In this document: positions 38,985 to 51,170 of the stretch, piece after piece
Layout of the letters: each line of letters begins with the position of its first letter
How positions within the stretch are numbered: position 1 is the first letter of the stretch
DNA from: Phoronis australis
Taxonomy: Eukaryota > Animalia > Phoronida
NCBI GenBank assembly: GCA_002633005.1
Contig: NMRA01000879.1
Location: 31,495 to 95,494, forward strand
DNA: 64,000 nucleotides
Reading direction: 5' to 3'
Notes under the pieces: generated by a model
Seen by the model: only the letters and a program-made list of their open reading frames with translations
Told to the model about the DNA's origin: nothing
Database searches by the model: none
Made by a program: the position numbers and the translations under genes

Positions 38985-41900
38985 AATCATTCAAATTGCC
39001 TATATAAATTTAGTATTGTTTTCTGTTGTACTCATTTTGAAGTACTCCTACAGATCGGGAACTAGGCACGTGGTACACACATTTAAAAGCGTTTTACCAG
39101 CCAGTTCCATTCATTTGTATTTCGTATTTCTTATTTGTGTGCAGTGTAGTCACGTCATTGGTTTCGGCGTCAAGATTATAGGGTTTTGATGATTTTAAGG
39201 GTTTATCTATGTACTGACGGCACTCGAATAAAGGAATAGGCTGTAAGTAGAATCACATGTTTTTCTCTCCATCGGTAGCTGACACAGCGCTAGTACACAG
39301 TAAAATCATGCCTGCGTTATGTAAATCCTGTTATGCTATGGTGACCAGCTGAATGCTGAAGCGTGACGAATGGGTCTCTAGGAACAAAGTCTATTGTTAC
39401 CAATCAGGGGCGGATCTACGTTTTCAGTAAGGGGGGGTTTAGGATTCCCGCAAAGGTCGAATCCTAGGCGCGTGGCGCCGAGAGGGGGGGGGGTCGGGAG
39501 GGGGGGTTTCCCCCCCTCCGTGTAAAACAATTTTTTGTTTTTGTAGCCAAATAGTGAAATTTCCATGCATCCTGGTAAGTTTCTGGCACTTAACATGTCT
39601 CTTGAGTTTTTCTTAAGATAATTTAAAATCCTTCTCGATTTCGTCGCATGAACGTGGCTCATAAGTTTCGTGAAACCATATTTGTGCACATCTGGGTATG
39701 AGTCGCGCCACCAGCAAAAATTTTTGTTGGAACATCTGCTTATACACACCTTTTTAGCATGCGAAAAGTCGTATATGAAAAGGTGTGGTGTGTGTGTGGG
39801 TTTAGCCAACTACCAAATATTCAAGAGCATAAGAAGCACCGACGGGGAGTAAAAAATTGAATATCAGATGATCGCGTAACAGCAGCCTCAAGTTGTTTAA
39901 GAACAAAGACCTGTACTGTTAGTCTCGAAATAAACATGTGTTCTGTCTCGTTATGAGAAAAACTGGCAAACGATGGTGCTCTCAACACATAGTATATTAC
40001 TAAAAGCGACAATAAACAATTAAGTATCACTTTATTAAGCTGAATCACGTTGACAACAATTGAAAAACGTCAAATGTATTTGGAAACGAATCATATGAAA
40101 ACAGTTTCACGAAACCAAAACATTCTGTACATCGTGGTGAAAAGATAATCAGGACCAGTTCGCAGAGGGACCAGATGTACACTGAGAGTACACAAAAACG
40201 CCTGGTCCATCACGAGACCAAAAGTACACCTGTGCTTATTATCCCTAGAAAAATAGTCGATCTGTCGCGGGACCAAACAGTTCTGGCTGAGATGAATAGT
40301 TTTACAAAGCACACTTTGGTAAAAAAACATCACCAGACTAGTTCGCGAGACCTAAAGCGTACTATGCAAAAACTTTTGAATTGAAAACCTCTCTCTAGAC
40401 ACTTTTAAATTCCCAGTGGTTGCTCATACATGTACGTGTATTTTATACATTTGGTCGTCAACTGCTGCGAGAGGTTGTCTAGGAAGGGTTTTCGCACCGT
40501 TCTGTAATACTCACTGGAAGAAACAAGTATTGAGTACAAATTTAACTACGCACTACGTGAAATTAATTTTGGATATGAAGCAGACAGAGCCAAGTGGAAA
40601 TACAAACCAGAATCAGTTTTTGTGCACTCGTAGACCCTCTGCTGTATTGGGTAAATTTGGCATGACCAAAAATAATTTCTATTTCGTTTTCATTGTATAC
40701 AAGCATAAAAACCGACATTATGTACAAACTGTGTAGAATTATATCTTATTACGTGGGTATGTATCCAGGAACGTTAGTCCTATTCTGCTGTTGTCTGGAC
40801 TGCCGAGGAATCTGTATATCGCGGGATCCAATGGTTTGCTCGTCTTGGAACCATTCTACCCAGGCATCTTTGATGTTTGTTCCCAACGCTTGCACTTCGT
40901 CAACTGCTGTGTCAATGAGCTTGTAAGCCTCTACAATGTCGTTTGGCAGCTCAATTGGCACTATGAAACCCCCTGAGGTTGCCAAGTCCATTCAAAAGAC
41001 TTACATGCGCAACTAAATTTGATCCGTTCATCATGAACTACTTCAAACCTAGTCGATGTATCCCAGGACCTATTTGCATCTCTTGCCATTTTCGGAATAA
41101 ACGTCCCAATGTCTGAACGCTTGAAACCCCAAGTACTAACATCAAATAAATGCCCATGGTCATGGGCGTTTCATCGGGTGGGAATTTCTGCGGAAATTGC
41201 CAGTATAGAAGACAGCAGTGGTGCTTATTGCAGGTAGAAAGACGGTAGGTATTGAGGTCGGAACTAGAGCTCCTTAGGAGGCCTATTGAACATCGCACGA
41301 GTCCCTCAAGACTTTGCTGTAAAAATACAGCCTCCCCGCAATTTCTGGTACTGTACACTGTTCGCGAATGCGGTCACTTTGTCAATGTGAGTGCCCCCTT
41401 GGTCATTTTTTGTATAGACATAGCTTGTTAGAGTGCATCTTCAAACGGTTCCGCGACCAGACCACGGCGCCCGCGACAATAGTAATTCTTCGGAAAACGA
41501 GTTCTTTTCAAAAATACTACATGTACATGTAGGCTACACTGTATGTATTGCGCAAGACAACTTTACTATACACCAGTCAAATTCGAGTTACAAACGTGTA
41601 GGGTATAATGGAATGACAGATGAGGTAAAAACGTTGCACGTCAATTTGCCTGAATATCAGGGTTGCGGCACCACAGTATTTCCCCTAATCAAATCAAATT
41701 ATATCTTAGAGTAAAGAAGCTAGTTATCTAAAGAAATCAGCTATAGAGCTGCTCTTTCAGCGGTGAATCCATCTAAAATGCTTGGCAACTTCAGAAGTGT
41801 CGACGGAAGCGCGCCCACAATTGATCTCCGCGCGTTTTGCCGATGATCCACGAAGACTCAAAATGCGTTGATTTTCATAACAGCAATTTGCAATTCAAAA

Positions 41901-44900
41901 ATTTATTTTTTCAGAGTGAACCCCCCCCCCTCATTTTTTTCCAAATTGGTTTACTCGGGGTTTACACACGCTGGTGGTGTCGTTTTTGTTTTGGTGACGA
42001 CGTTTTTGTTTTTTTTTAATTTTGGGTCCTGGCCCAAGGGGGGGGTTTAAACCCCCTGAACCCCCCCCGTAGATCCGCCTCTGTCCAAGGTCAGCTGAAT
42101 TGTCAAGCTTGGTGTTCGTGCAGTGACCACATCAATAGTTCACCATCTCGTATGTAGACGGAGCAGCTGACACCGTTAGGCTAAATGACTCGGAAGATTC
42201 GACATTTATCGACTGGAGCTGCGGTAACAAAGCAGATGACAAAAATGAAAAAGTTAATGGAAATTACTGAGCACTTGCATCTGGTCAAAGTTGAACTGAT
42301 TACATTTGGTCATAATATACAGGTTCTTGCGGACGCTTACCAGAGTCATATAGCTTTGATCACAACTGAGTTAAAGCGTAAGACAGTGAGTCAGAAGTAC
42401 CACGATCAGATTCAAGTGTTTCATTAATTGTGTGATATTGTATACCAGTGGGTAACGGAAACGGAACATTCGCTTCAGCAAAAGCTTCATTCAGTATCCG
42501 AAGTTTTAGTTAAAGCTTCTTCGCGAGGGACTTTTAGGGGTTCGTCAACGTCGTCAAAGAAATCCTCGGCAAGTTCAAACACCCTCAGGTTGAAAGCCGC
42601 AATGACAACCGCCAGTTTGGTAGGTGAAAAGGCCGCATTAGAGGAGTCGTTAAAACTGGAGACCGAGCTTAACAAGGCCGAAACTGAAGCTAAACGTCAC
42701 AATTTGTTGTCTGTCATGAATGTTCGAATCGCCAAAGCAAACACCGAGGAGGTAGTCCTAAAAGCTGCGTCAAGTACAAAGACTCTGTGTCATGCGTCAA
42801 ATAAAAAGCATTTAGTTCACCCCAGCAGAGCGTCTCAGGTGCCCACGTTATGCCACCTACCTCTCTTATTTCGAAGCCTGAAAATTCCGATAAAGAATTG
42901 ACCCTTATGTTATCAACGTTACGTCTGACGGCACCGAATCTCATGACGTTTTCAGGAGACATCAAGACTTTTTTGACATTCGAGATGGCTTTCGATTCGC
43001 AGATAGTACCACTGACTTCAACTGACACAGAGCGTTTATACTACTTAAGAGGCGAAGCTAAGGAGGTCGTAGCTGGATGTCTCCTCATGAATCCAGAAGA
43101 TGGGTACTAGGAAGCACGGCGAACTTTGAAACATGATTACGGTGAACCGTACAGTGTTGCTTCGTCGTTTTTGAACAAACTCCACTCATGACCTGCAATA
43201 AAACTTGAAGATTTCAGGGGAATTAAGCGATTTTCTGTTTTTCTGAAACAATGTGAGCACACCATGTCGAAGACTGAATACTTGTCGGTGTCGAATCACA
43301 TAGATTACCTAATCTTCAAGCAATTGTGAACAGCGACGAACGACGCAAAATGTCGCGGTTGCCAGAATTGTTACCTCATTCAGAAGGCCGCGGTGACTAC
43401 CAACGACCCTATTTTTGGGAAGGAAGCTGCGGCAAGAACACCGAAGCCAACTTATTCAAAGACCAGTTTTGCCGCCATCACGGAAACGACGCCATCACCT
43501 GAAAGAAAGTCACCAGTGTGTCATTATTGTTTACTGGACCACGACTTAAATGATTGTGACTCGTTTATTCCGTTGTCTATGGCTGACAAACGCAAGTTTA
43601 TAATGGAGAAGAAATTATGTTTCGGTTGCCTTCATTATGGTCATGTGTCTAAAGGATGTTCGAATCGTCGCATTTGTGAAAAATGCCTTAAATGTTATCC
43701 TACTACACTTCACTTTGAGAGATCAACGACGAACGATACAAGCAGGTTTGAGCATGGTAAACATTCCCCAATGACCCCTGGCCTTGATTCTGATACTCTG
43801 ACGCCATTGTTATCAGTTGTCTCAGGACAGCAACGCAAGGTGTCTGCACCACCCACAGCAGGTACGCAACCCAAAGTCGTTGATCAACTCCTCCTCACAC
43901 GATCTTCAAACAGCTCAAGTAATGTAACGCTCCTTCTTTTGACAATTATAATCAGAAAACTCTTCATGAAATTAGTCCTGTTCGTGTTAGACAGAAAAGA
44001 AATGATACTGTAGTACTGACGTACCCATTCTTCGACAATGGTAGCAGTAGATGTTTCCTTGCTGATAGTCTTAAATCTGATTTACATGCCACAGGTCACG
44101 GGCGTAATAATGTAAAACAAACTGTAGTAAAAGATCTGCAGGTTACTGACGTGAATGGCCAGAATCCTTTGACTATCCAGAAGGCTTATTCTTGTGCGCA
44201 GATACCAGTGGACTCCCGACATATCCCTACACCGGATGTTCTCGAAAAAGTCAGTTATCTTAGTGATGTTGCTCAAAACATTCCATCGTTAATACCAGAT
44301 ATATACAGTGGTCTGCTTATAGGCTCAAGTTGCCCGGCTACGCTCCAGCCGTTATAGGTGGTTCCTACTCAAAGCTGTTCGCTTGCGACACGGATGGCGT
44401 GTCAACGGTATCGTGCATATTTCCGACAATCCTCTTGGTTCCTACGTGACGTACTGTAATCGCATTCAAGCTGTTGAGTCCTGTTCTGTGAAGGAAATTC
44501 CGTTTCTTGATCCTGGAGACGTTATCGACACGCTTGCGATGGACTTCAAGGACTGTAGTGCCGGCTTACACCCGAATGAGAAGGGCCACTCTAGAGAAGA
44601 TTTAGAGTTCACGGAACGCGCCAACCACTGCGTGAAGAATGTCGACGGTAACTTTGAGATCCCACTTCTCTTCAGAAATTAGATTCTCGTCATGAAATAA
44701 AACAGATCACTAGCTGTCCACAGAGCATCGTACCAAAGAAAAAAGGTGAAGGGAGACAGTGCGTACTACACCGCGTGCAAGACATTCATCGACAACCTTT
44801 TAATCAAGTGTTATACAGAGAAAGTGCAAGCTAAGGAAGTGCAAGCTGGCAAGGGCTCCATTTGGTACCTCCCGCACCATGGTGTGTACCATACACAGAA

Positions 44901-47442
44901 TAAAAAGTTGAAGGTCGTCTTCTATTGTGCTGCCAAGTTTCAAAGCACGTCCTTAAACGATCAGCTGATTCAAGGTCCAAATCTTACAAACTCAGTCAAC
45001 GATTTTTTGACAAGATTCCGTGGTGGACAAATAGCGTATTCGGCAGATGTCGAGTCCATGTTTTACCAAGTAAAGGTACCTGAATGTCAGCGAGATTTTC
45101 TTAGATTCGTTTGGTGGCGTAACGGCGACTTACACACCAGAATGGATGACTACCGAATGACAGTACATCTTTTCGGCGCCGAATCGTCCCCCAGTTTGTT
45201 TAACTTCGGTCGCAGAAAAACTGCAGAAAATTGCGATCCTGATGTAGCAACCACGATCCGACGCAACTTTTACATTGACGACTGATTAAAGGCTGTCAAA
45301 AGTGACGAGTAGGCTACTCGGCTGCGCTGATGAAAGGTCTTTGCAAAGCGTGCTTGCGTGGAGGGTTCCACTTGACAAAATTTGCCAGTAACAGTCGTGC
45401 GCTATTAGATTCCATCCTTGTTGAAGAGAGGTCCAAGGAACTACAAGCTAAGCATTTGGACTACGACTGTTTGCCAACAGAGCGGGTTTTGGTCATTCAA
45501 TGGAAGATGCCATCAGATCACATTGGATTCACCATGAAGATAAGACCAAAGGACATGACCAGAAGGGAAATCTTATCCACTAATGCTTCGCTTTATGACC
45601 CCTTCGGTTTCTTAGCACCATATGTGCTTCAAGAAAAGAAGTTTTTGAAAGACTTGTGTAAAGAAGACGGTCTACAGAGGGATGACGAGATTCCGGAAGT
45701 TTATCATGTACGATGGCAGAAGTGGCGGACGCGGAAGCCAGTGTGTTGAAATTTACTCAGAGACAATACTTCAAAGATGATTTTAAAAGGCTCTAAGGTT
45801 ACGGTGGAGGCAAGAAAAGTACACCGCTGATCAAGCTGGACCCTTTCTTGGATAGAGGTTTGTTACGTGTTGGCGGTCGTCTCGGTAACGCTTTGCTGGA
45901 GGATGGTATGAAGCATCCCATCGTGTTGCCTAGACAGAGTCACGTTACAACGCTTGTTATTCGCCATTATCACGAGCGCCTAGCTCACGCTGGTCGGAAT
46001 CATGTTCTTTCAAACTTACAAGAGAAGTTTTGGATTGTTGCCGCCAGCGCTGTTGTTCATAGAGTTATTAACAGATTTGTGACTTGCCGTCGTCTACGTG
46101 GTCAAGCATGTAAGCAACAGATGGCTAATTTGCATGTTGAAAGCACTATTCCAGAAGCACCCTTTACATACACAGGCGCAGAATTGTTAGGTCCGTTCCA
46201 AGTTAAAGAAGGTAGAAAGGTGCATAGGCGTTACGGTGTCATGTTTACTTGTTTCTCTAGCCGGGCCATACATTTAGAAGTGGTTAACAGCCTTGAGACT
46301 GACTGTTAAATTAATGCTCTGTGGCGATTTTTAGCTAGACGAGTGGCATTTCGTACCATCTTCAGTGACAACGGTACGAACGGTGGGAGCCGATCGTCAG
46401 TTTCGAGCACCGGTAGACGAAATGGACCAGGAGCGTATTCAGAGGTACATATTGACAGAAAATATTGACTGGTCATTCAACCCAAAAACTGGTAGTCACT
46501 TCGGTGGTCTTTGGGAACGTCAAATTGGCCTTGCTCGGAAAGTGTTATCACCCACATTACGCGAATTTTATCGCTCAGATGATGACGTTCTACATCCAGT
46601 ATTGTGTGAGGCGGAGGCCATAGTGAATTCGGGACCCCTTACAACTCTGTCTAGTGTCTCCAAGGATTTGGATCCGTTATGACCGAGCAACATTCTTACT
46701 TTTAAGACACGGATTTTGCTTCCTCCACCTGGAATGTTTCAGCGAGAAAACGTTTATTCACGTAAGCGTTGGAGGCGTGCCCAATACTTGACGGATCGCT
46801 TTTGGACAAGATGGAGAAGTTCCAAGTCGTAATATGAAAGTGAATGATGTTGTACTCATCAAGGAGGAAGGCCTTCCCCGGTGTGACTGGAATATGGGTC
46901 GTGTGACAGACATAGTGGCGGATCAAAATAATCTCGTAAGAAGCCGTCATGTTAAAACATTGACCTCAACATTTTGGCGAACTGTAAATAAATTGGTTCT
47001 TTTGCTTTGTTCTGATTTCACATGTATTTTGTTCGATTGTTATCTTTGATTGCGTCTGCAGCATCTGGTTGTATTTGGTCAGCGAAGTTTCTCCGCTTTC
47101 TCGAGGGGAATAATGTTACTGCAGACGCAAACATTCATATTGCCTATGTATATTTAGTATTGTTTTCTGTTGTACTCGTTTTCATTCCCCCCAAATCGTG
47201 TACTAGTCACGTGGTACTGATATTTATAAGCGTTTTACCTGCCAGTTTCATTCATTCCCATTTCGTATTTCTTATCAGTGTGCAGTGTAAGCATGTCATT
47301 GGTTTTGTAGTTGAGATTGCAGGGTTTTCATGATTTTACGGGTTCATCTATGTACTCACGGCACTCGAGTAAAAGAACAGTCAGTACGTACGCAGACTCG
47401 CCTGTGTTTCTCTCGATCGTTAGCTGACACTGCGCCAGAACA
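38985..47442 (+). mobile_element. Degenerate BEL/Pao LTR retrotransposon
   Basis: LTRs at ~38985-39299 and 47114-47442 (TG..CA, purine tract 47103-47113). Gag has three Cys/His knuckles (CHYCLLDHDLNDC, CFGCLHYGHVSKGC). Protease DNGS at ~44035, RT WYLPHHGV..SLNDQLIQGPNL..NFYIDD, Pao RNaseH YDPFGF, and integrase GLLRVGGRL..HFGGLWER. Frameshifted and partly deleted. Confidence 0.95.
39405..42083 (-). mobile_element. hAT-like DNA transposon remnant inside the BEL 5' region
   Basis: TIRs CAGGGGCGGATCTACG / CGTAGATCCGCCTCTG (15/16). The fragment at 40749-40991 (DIVEAY..W.EWF..IPRQ..Q.NR.NVP) resembles THAP12/PRKRIR-type hAT transposases. No clean TSD. Confidence 0.65.
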
Positions 47443-47774
47443 AGCAGTAAAAATGAAAAGTACGCCGTTAATACCAAGTATGAGGCAAAATATCTGTGTC
47501 TGTGGCCGGCATCAAATTGGTATGTTTCCAAATGAGTAATTTATTCTCACCCTAATTAATACTTAATCAAACTGAAAGTGTCTTAAAAATGATCTCAGTA
47601 GATACACTTTGTAAACACTTTGGAGTGTTGGCGGTTGCAAATGTTTTTGAGAAACTAACAAATAAATCCCACTGCGTTTCCAGTATCAGATGCAATAAAA
47701 CTAATTGACCTGGCACCCGAAGTCGTGTGAGCCAATGCAAATTCAGTGTTTGCCATGGTCAGACGTTAAGAGAA

Positions 47775-47829
47775 TATATGTGTATATATATATGTGTATA
47801 TATATACATATGTATATAAAAATGTATAT

Positions 47830-47864
<35 letters not shown>

Positions 47865-47865
47865 A
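47775..47865. repeat. (TA)n/(CA)n microsatellite
   Basis: Read directly from the sequence. Confidence 0.95.
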
Positions 47866-48576
47866 ACCCAATTATTGACGGGTTGCTTATACGAAATAGT
47901 TTACCAGTAGAATTTCATGTAGCCCAATCAATGTCAATCTAAAAAGTGTGTTGTATCATTTCTTAAAGGTGAATCTCTCATACCTTTTCCTAGTACTAAA
48001 TTGTCTTTATTGCGTGATCAGGAATTTCCTGTTAACTAGTTGCGAGCGGGGTTGTACCTCACAAGAGATCTATCATAACTTGCCATTTTTTCTTATAAAT
48101 ACACCTGTGGCGCAATTAATAGAGATGATCATTACTTACAGTATGCTCTTCTGCCCAATCTACGTGTAAATTATTTTCTTTACTTTTGGTGTATTTTCTA
48201 AATATTATATTTTGCTTAAGTCATTATATTTAATTAAAAGCCTGGCTATAACGGTTCGCTGTGTATGCTAAATATTTGTATTAACAGTAACAATAACAAA
48301 AACAGTATGTCTGGTTGTGCTCCGCCGCTGGTAATTTGTTCCCGAATTTCCTGTCATGTTTAGGCGGTAATTCTGGACACAAACGTCCTACTACGTGTCT
48401 TGCAGTACACCTCAAGCTGTGTGGAAACTCATCTTCCCCTCACTGTGCTGTCGGAAAATGACCATTTCCGTTAGTTAGGTGGGCACTTATCGCTCAGTTT
48501 GACTTTACATTGTTTTTGCTTCTTTCCATAGTTTTATAAATATGCTATACTGAAAACTTTACATATGTCTCCAAAG

Positions 48577-48725
48577 GACTCAACAGTGTGCCGGGCTGCG
48601 TGGCACGACGGTCGCATCTTACCGTGGAGTGGCAATGACGCAGACAGAACGGTCAGATGGACGACCTGCACATCCCCCACTAAATACATTATTTCATTTC
48701 GTTACGGAGCTGGGCGTACTTGGGG
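48577..48725 (+). CDS. LCCL gene B exon 4 (149 bp): DSTVCRAAWHDGRILPWSGNDADRTVRWTTCTSPTKYIISFRYGAGRTWG
   Basis: Acceptor ccaaAG (chosen by homology with gene A) and donor GTAAGT. Carries the LCCL core motif. Paralogous to 2239-2387. Confidence 0.9.
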
Positions 48726-49433
48726 GTAAGTTAGTTAAAGGTTTTTAACGAAGTCACACTAAAATTTACTGTTTCAGCAAGATTTTCAAAATTCCTTGAT
48801 GGATCCGCAAATAAAACCATGTCTTATTTTTAGAGGATATTTGGTCAAAGGTATCTCACATAATCCTAATCGGGCGTGACGTAATTAGCAAACCGGAACG
48901 CGAGAAAGAAGTCACGGATCAATGTTCAATTGGTCAAAATAACCCCAGTAAACGGGGAAAAAGTCAAAACAACGTCATAAGAAACCCAAAATAAGTGAAA
49001 ATTAGGGCAATGTGGAAGTGATAGAATAGAGATCAGTACCACGAAAATTATTTGTATAGTAATGTATAACATCATCATGTGTCTACGGCTTGGTGCACTC
49101 CAAAACCCATGAGTTTATTAACAGACATTAAACGACACTGTTTCTGAACATTTTCAAATCGGGTTAAAGGCTAATTCCGTTCATTTAGTGAACGCCAGAG
49201 GTACACATCCTGGCACGATTTTTATCAACCTTAGTTTGTTCTCTCTCACCTATAATCAACAAATGACGCGCATGTCTATGAAAGGAACAAAATGATAAGA
49301 CATGCCATGCTACATTTATAAAGTGCATAATAAATTGATTCTCACTGCAAAACCCTTCACACCGCAAGACAATAACAGTATAAACAAGGAGAATCCACAA
49401 AACAGTGGGCGGATGCATCTTTCTGCTGCATCT

Positions 49434-50120
49434 GTGGCAGATTGTCACCCAGCTTGACAGTTCAACATATTATATAACTGTTGTAATTACCGATATCTGT
49501 AGTAGTTTAGTTTGTCATAATATATATGACCTTTTATCTCATCTACGAGTGTTGTTTCACTGTAAACTAGCTTCGGTATCGCTTCGCAGTTAGCGCATAT
49601 AAAAATTATTTAAGTATTAAATTATTTTATGTAAGCTATACTGCTTCGTCCTCATTATCATATTGTATAGATTCTCGGGTCAGTGACCCTCTTTGTTCTA
49701 CGATTATTGGTTTAATTGTACCACGGGATCTCTTTGTCTCGTCGCAACACTGGGCCATCTTCCACAATTCTCTCCAAATTTCAGTTTTCACTCAATTTCT
49801 CTCTCCCTCCCTCCCGCAAAACCGTTTTCCTTACTTCCCTGTTTATCCTTACCTTCCCCATGTCGCTGTCCCGGTGTTGCTGTTATGCTTCCGCATATTA
49901 TTACTTAACTTTCCATTCACCACTTATTATGTATACCTTCATTGTTGCTTGGCAGATTGCCACCCACCTTCACAGTTCAACATATTATGTAACTTTTGTA
50001 ATTACCGATATCTGTAGTAGTTTACTTTGTCATAATATATATAACCTTTTATCTCATCTACACTAATGTTTCACTGTAAACTAGCTTCGGTATCGCTTCG
50101 CAGTTAGCGCATATAAAAAT
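49434..50120 (+). repeat. ~175-bp direct duplication (49434-49606 and 49950-50120)
   Basis: Near-identical blocks tggcagattg..gttcaacatattat..gcagttagcgcatataaaaat. Confidence 0.9.
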
Positions 50121-50499
50121 GTTAATAAACTAATAGCGAGGTACAGGTACAAGCAACATTTAATTGGACCCTGACCCTAAGGTCAAACATCAGACTAGCT
50201 TGGCTTCCCCTAAGTGGTTTCCAGAAATCTGAGCTCTGCTCGTGTCTGTCTAGACACGGAAATAAATTTTCATACAGAGAAAATCCTTATTCAGTGATGA
50301 AGTTTTCGTTCCAATTCGGGTACCCTTTAGACAAGTGGAAATTGTCAAAAATCTGGTTAGTAATAATATATATTAACCTAAGTTTCTAGAATCTAGAGTG
50401 CTACAGCATTTTGCTTGTTGTCTCTTTTCCAGCACCGGAACACACACATAAGATAAACAACTATGCCTACCTGTATCTATCTGTCTACATCTACTGCTA

Positions 50500-50502
50500 T
50501 AT

Positions 50503-50579
<77 letters not shown>

Positions 50580-50642
50580 TTAGGCCAAGAACAGCTTACT
50601 TTTCAATGACACGTATATAAAAGGTCTGTTACTCAGATGCTC

Positions 50643-50676
<34 letters not shown>

Positions 50677-50743
50677 AAATGTGTGTGTTGTGTACATAAA
50701 TATATATATATATATATTTATATATGTGTGTAAATGTGTGTGT

Positions 50744-50792
<49 letters not shown>

Positions 50793-50895
50793 TTCTGCTA
50801 TTTTATCTATATCTATCTATCTATCTCTATACGTATCAATCCATGTGTATGTCTGTCTTTCCGTATGTATGTCTGTGTGTATGTGTGTGTTTACT
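50500..50895. repeat. Compound (CA)n/(TA)n/(TG)n microsatellite
   Basis: Read directly from the sequence. It explains the YIYI/CVCV ORFs. Confidence 0.95.
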
Positions 50896-51170
50896 TGTTT
50901 ATCGTACACAGTGACCACCTCGGTATGAATGTACACCTTCGAACTCACTACCTCATTTCCAAATCATCACCTGACCCAAGTAGTCACTTGGGGTAACTGG
51001 TGGAAACTACTCACCGTGGCTATGCGAAGTCAGAAAACTGTTTCCTATGGTTGGTGTCACTTGATACCATAAGTCTGATTTTGTGTGAATAATTCGCACA
51101 CTTCCACTGGCCATACTTCACATAATTGGTATCAAAGTGACCTACTTTTGAAGAAGTGTGTGAGCCTGCT

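Larger units (their letters stand above)
38720..47735. mobile_element. Second, diverged copy of the Kolobok-like element, split by the BEL insertion (pieces ~38720-38985 and ~47443-47735)
   Basis: The left piece matches ~7100-7360. The right piece resumes at ~7363 and also matches 7662-7852. Confidence 0.75.

Noticed and set aside
48532-48576. Upstream in-frame acceptor (ttccatAG) extending gene B exon 4 by 15 codons
   Set aside because: Paralog exon length and LCCL spacing (YTS-DS) favour 48577. It cannot be excluded as an alternative acceptor.
50373-50996. YIYI/CVCV-rich ORFs
   Set aside because: They are translations of dinucleotide microsatellites.
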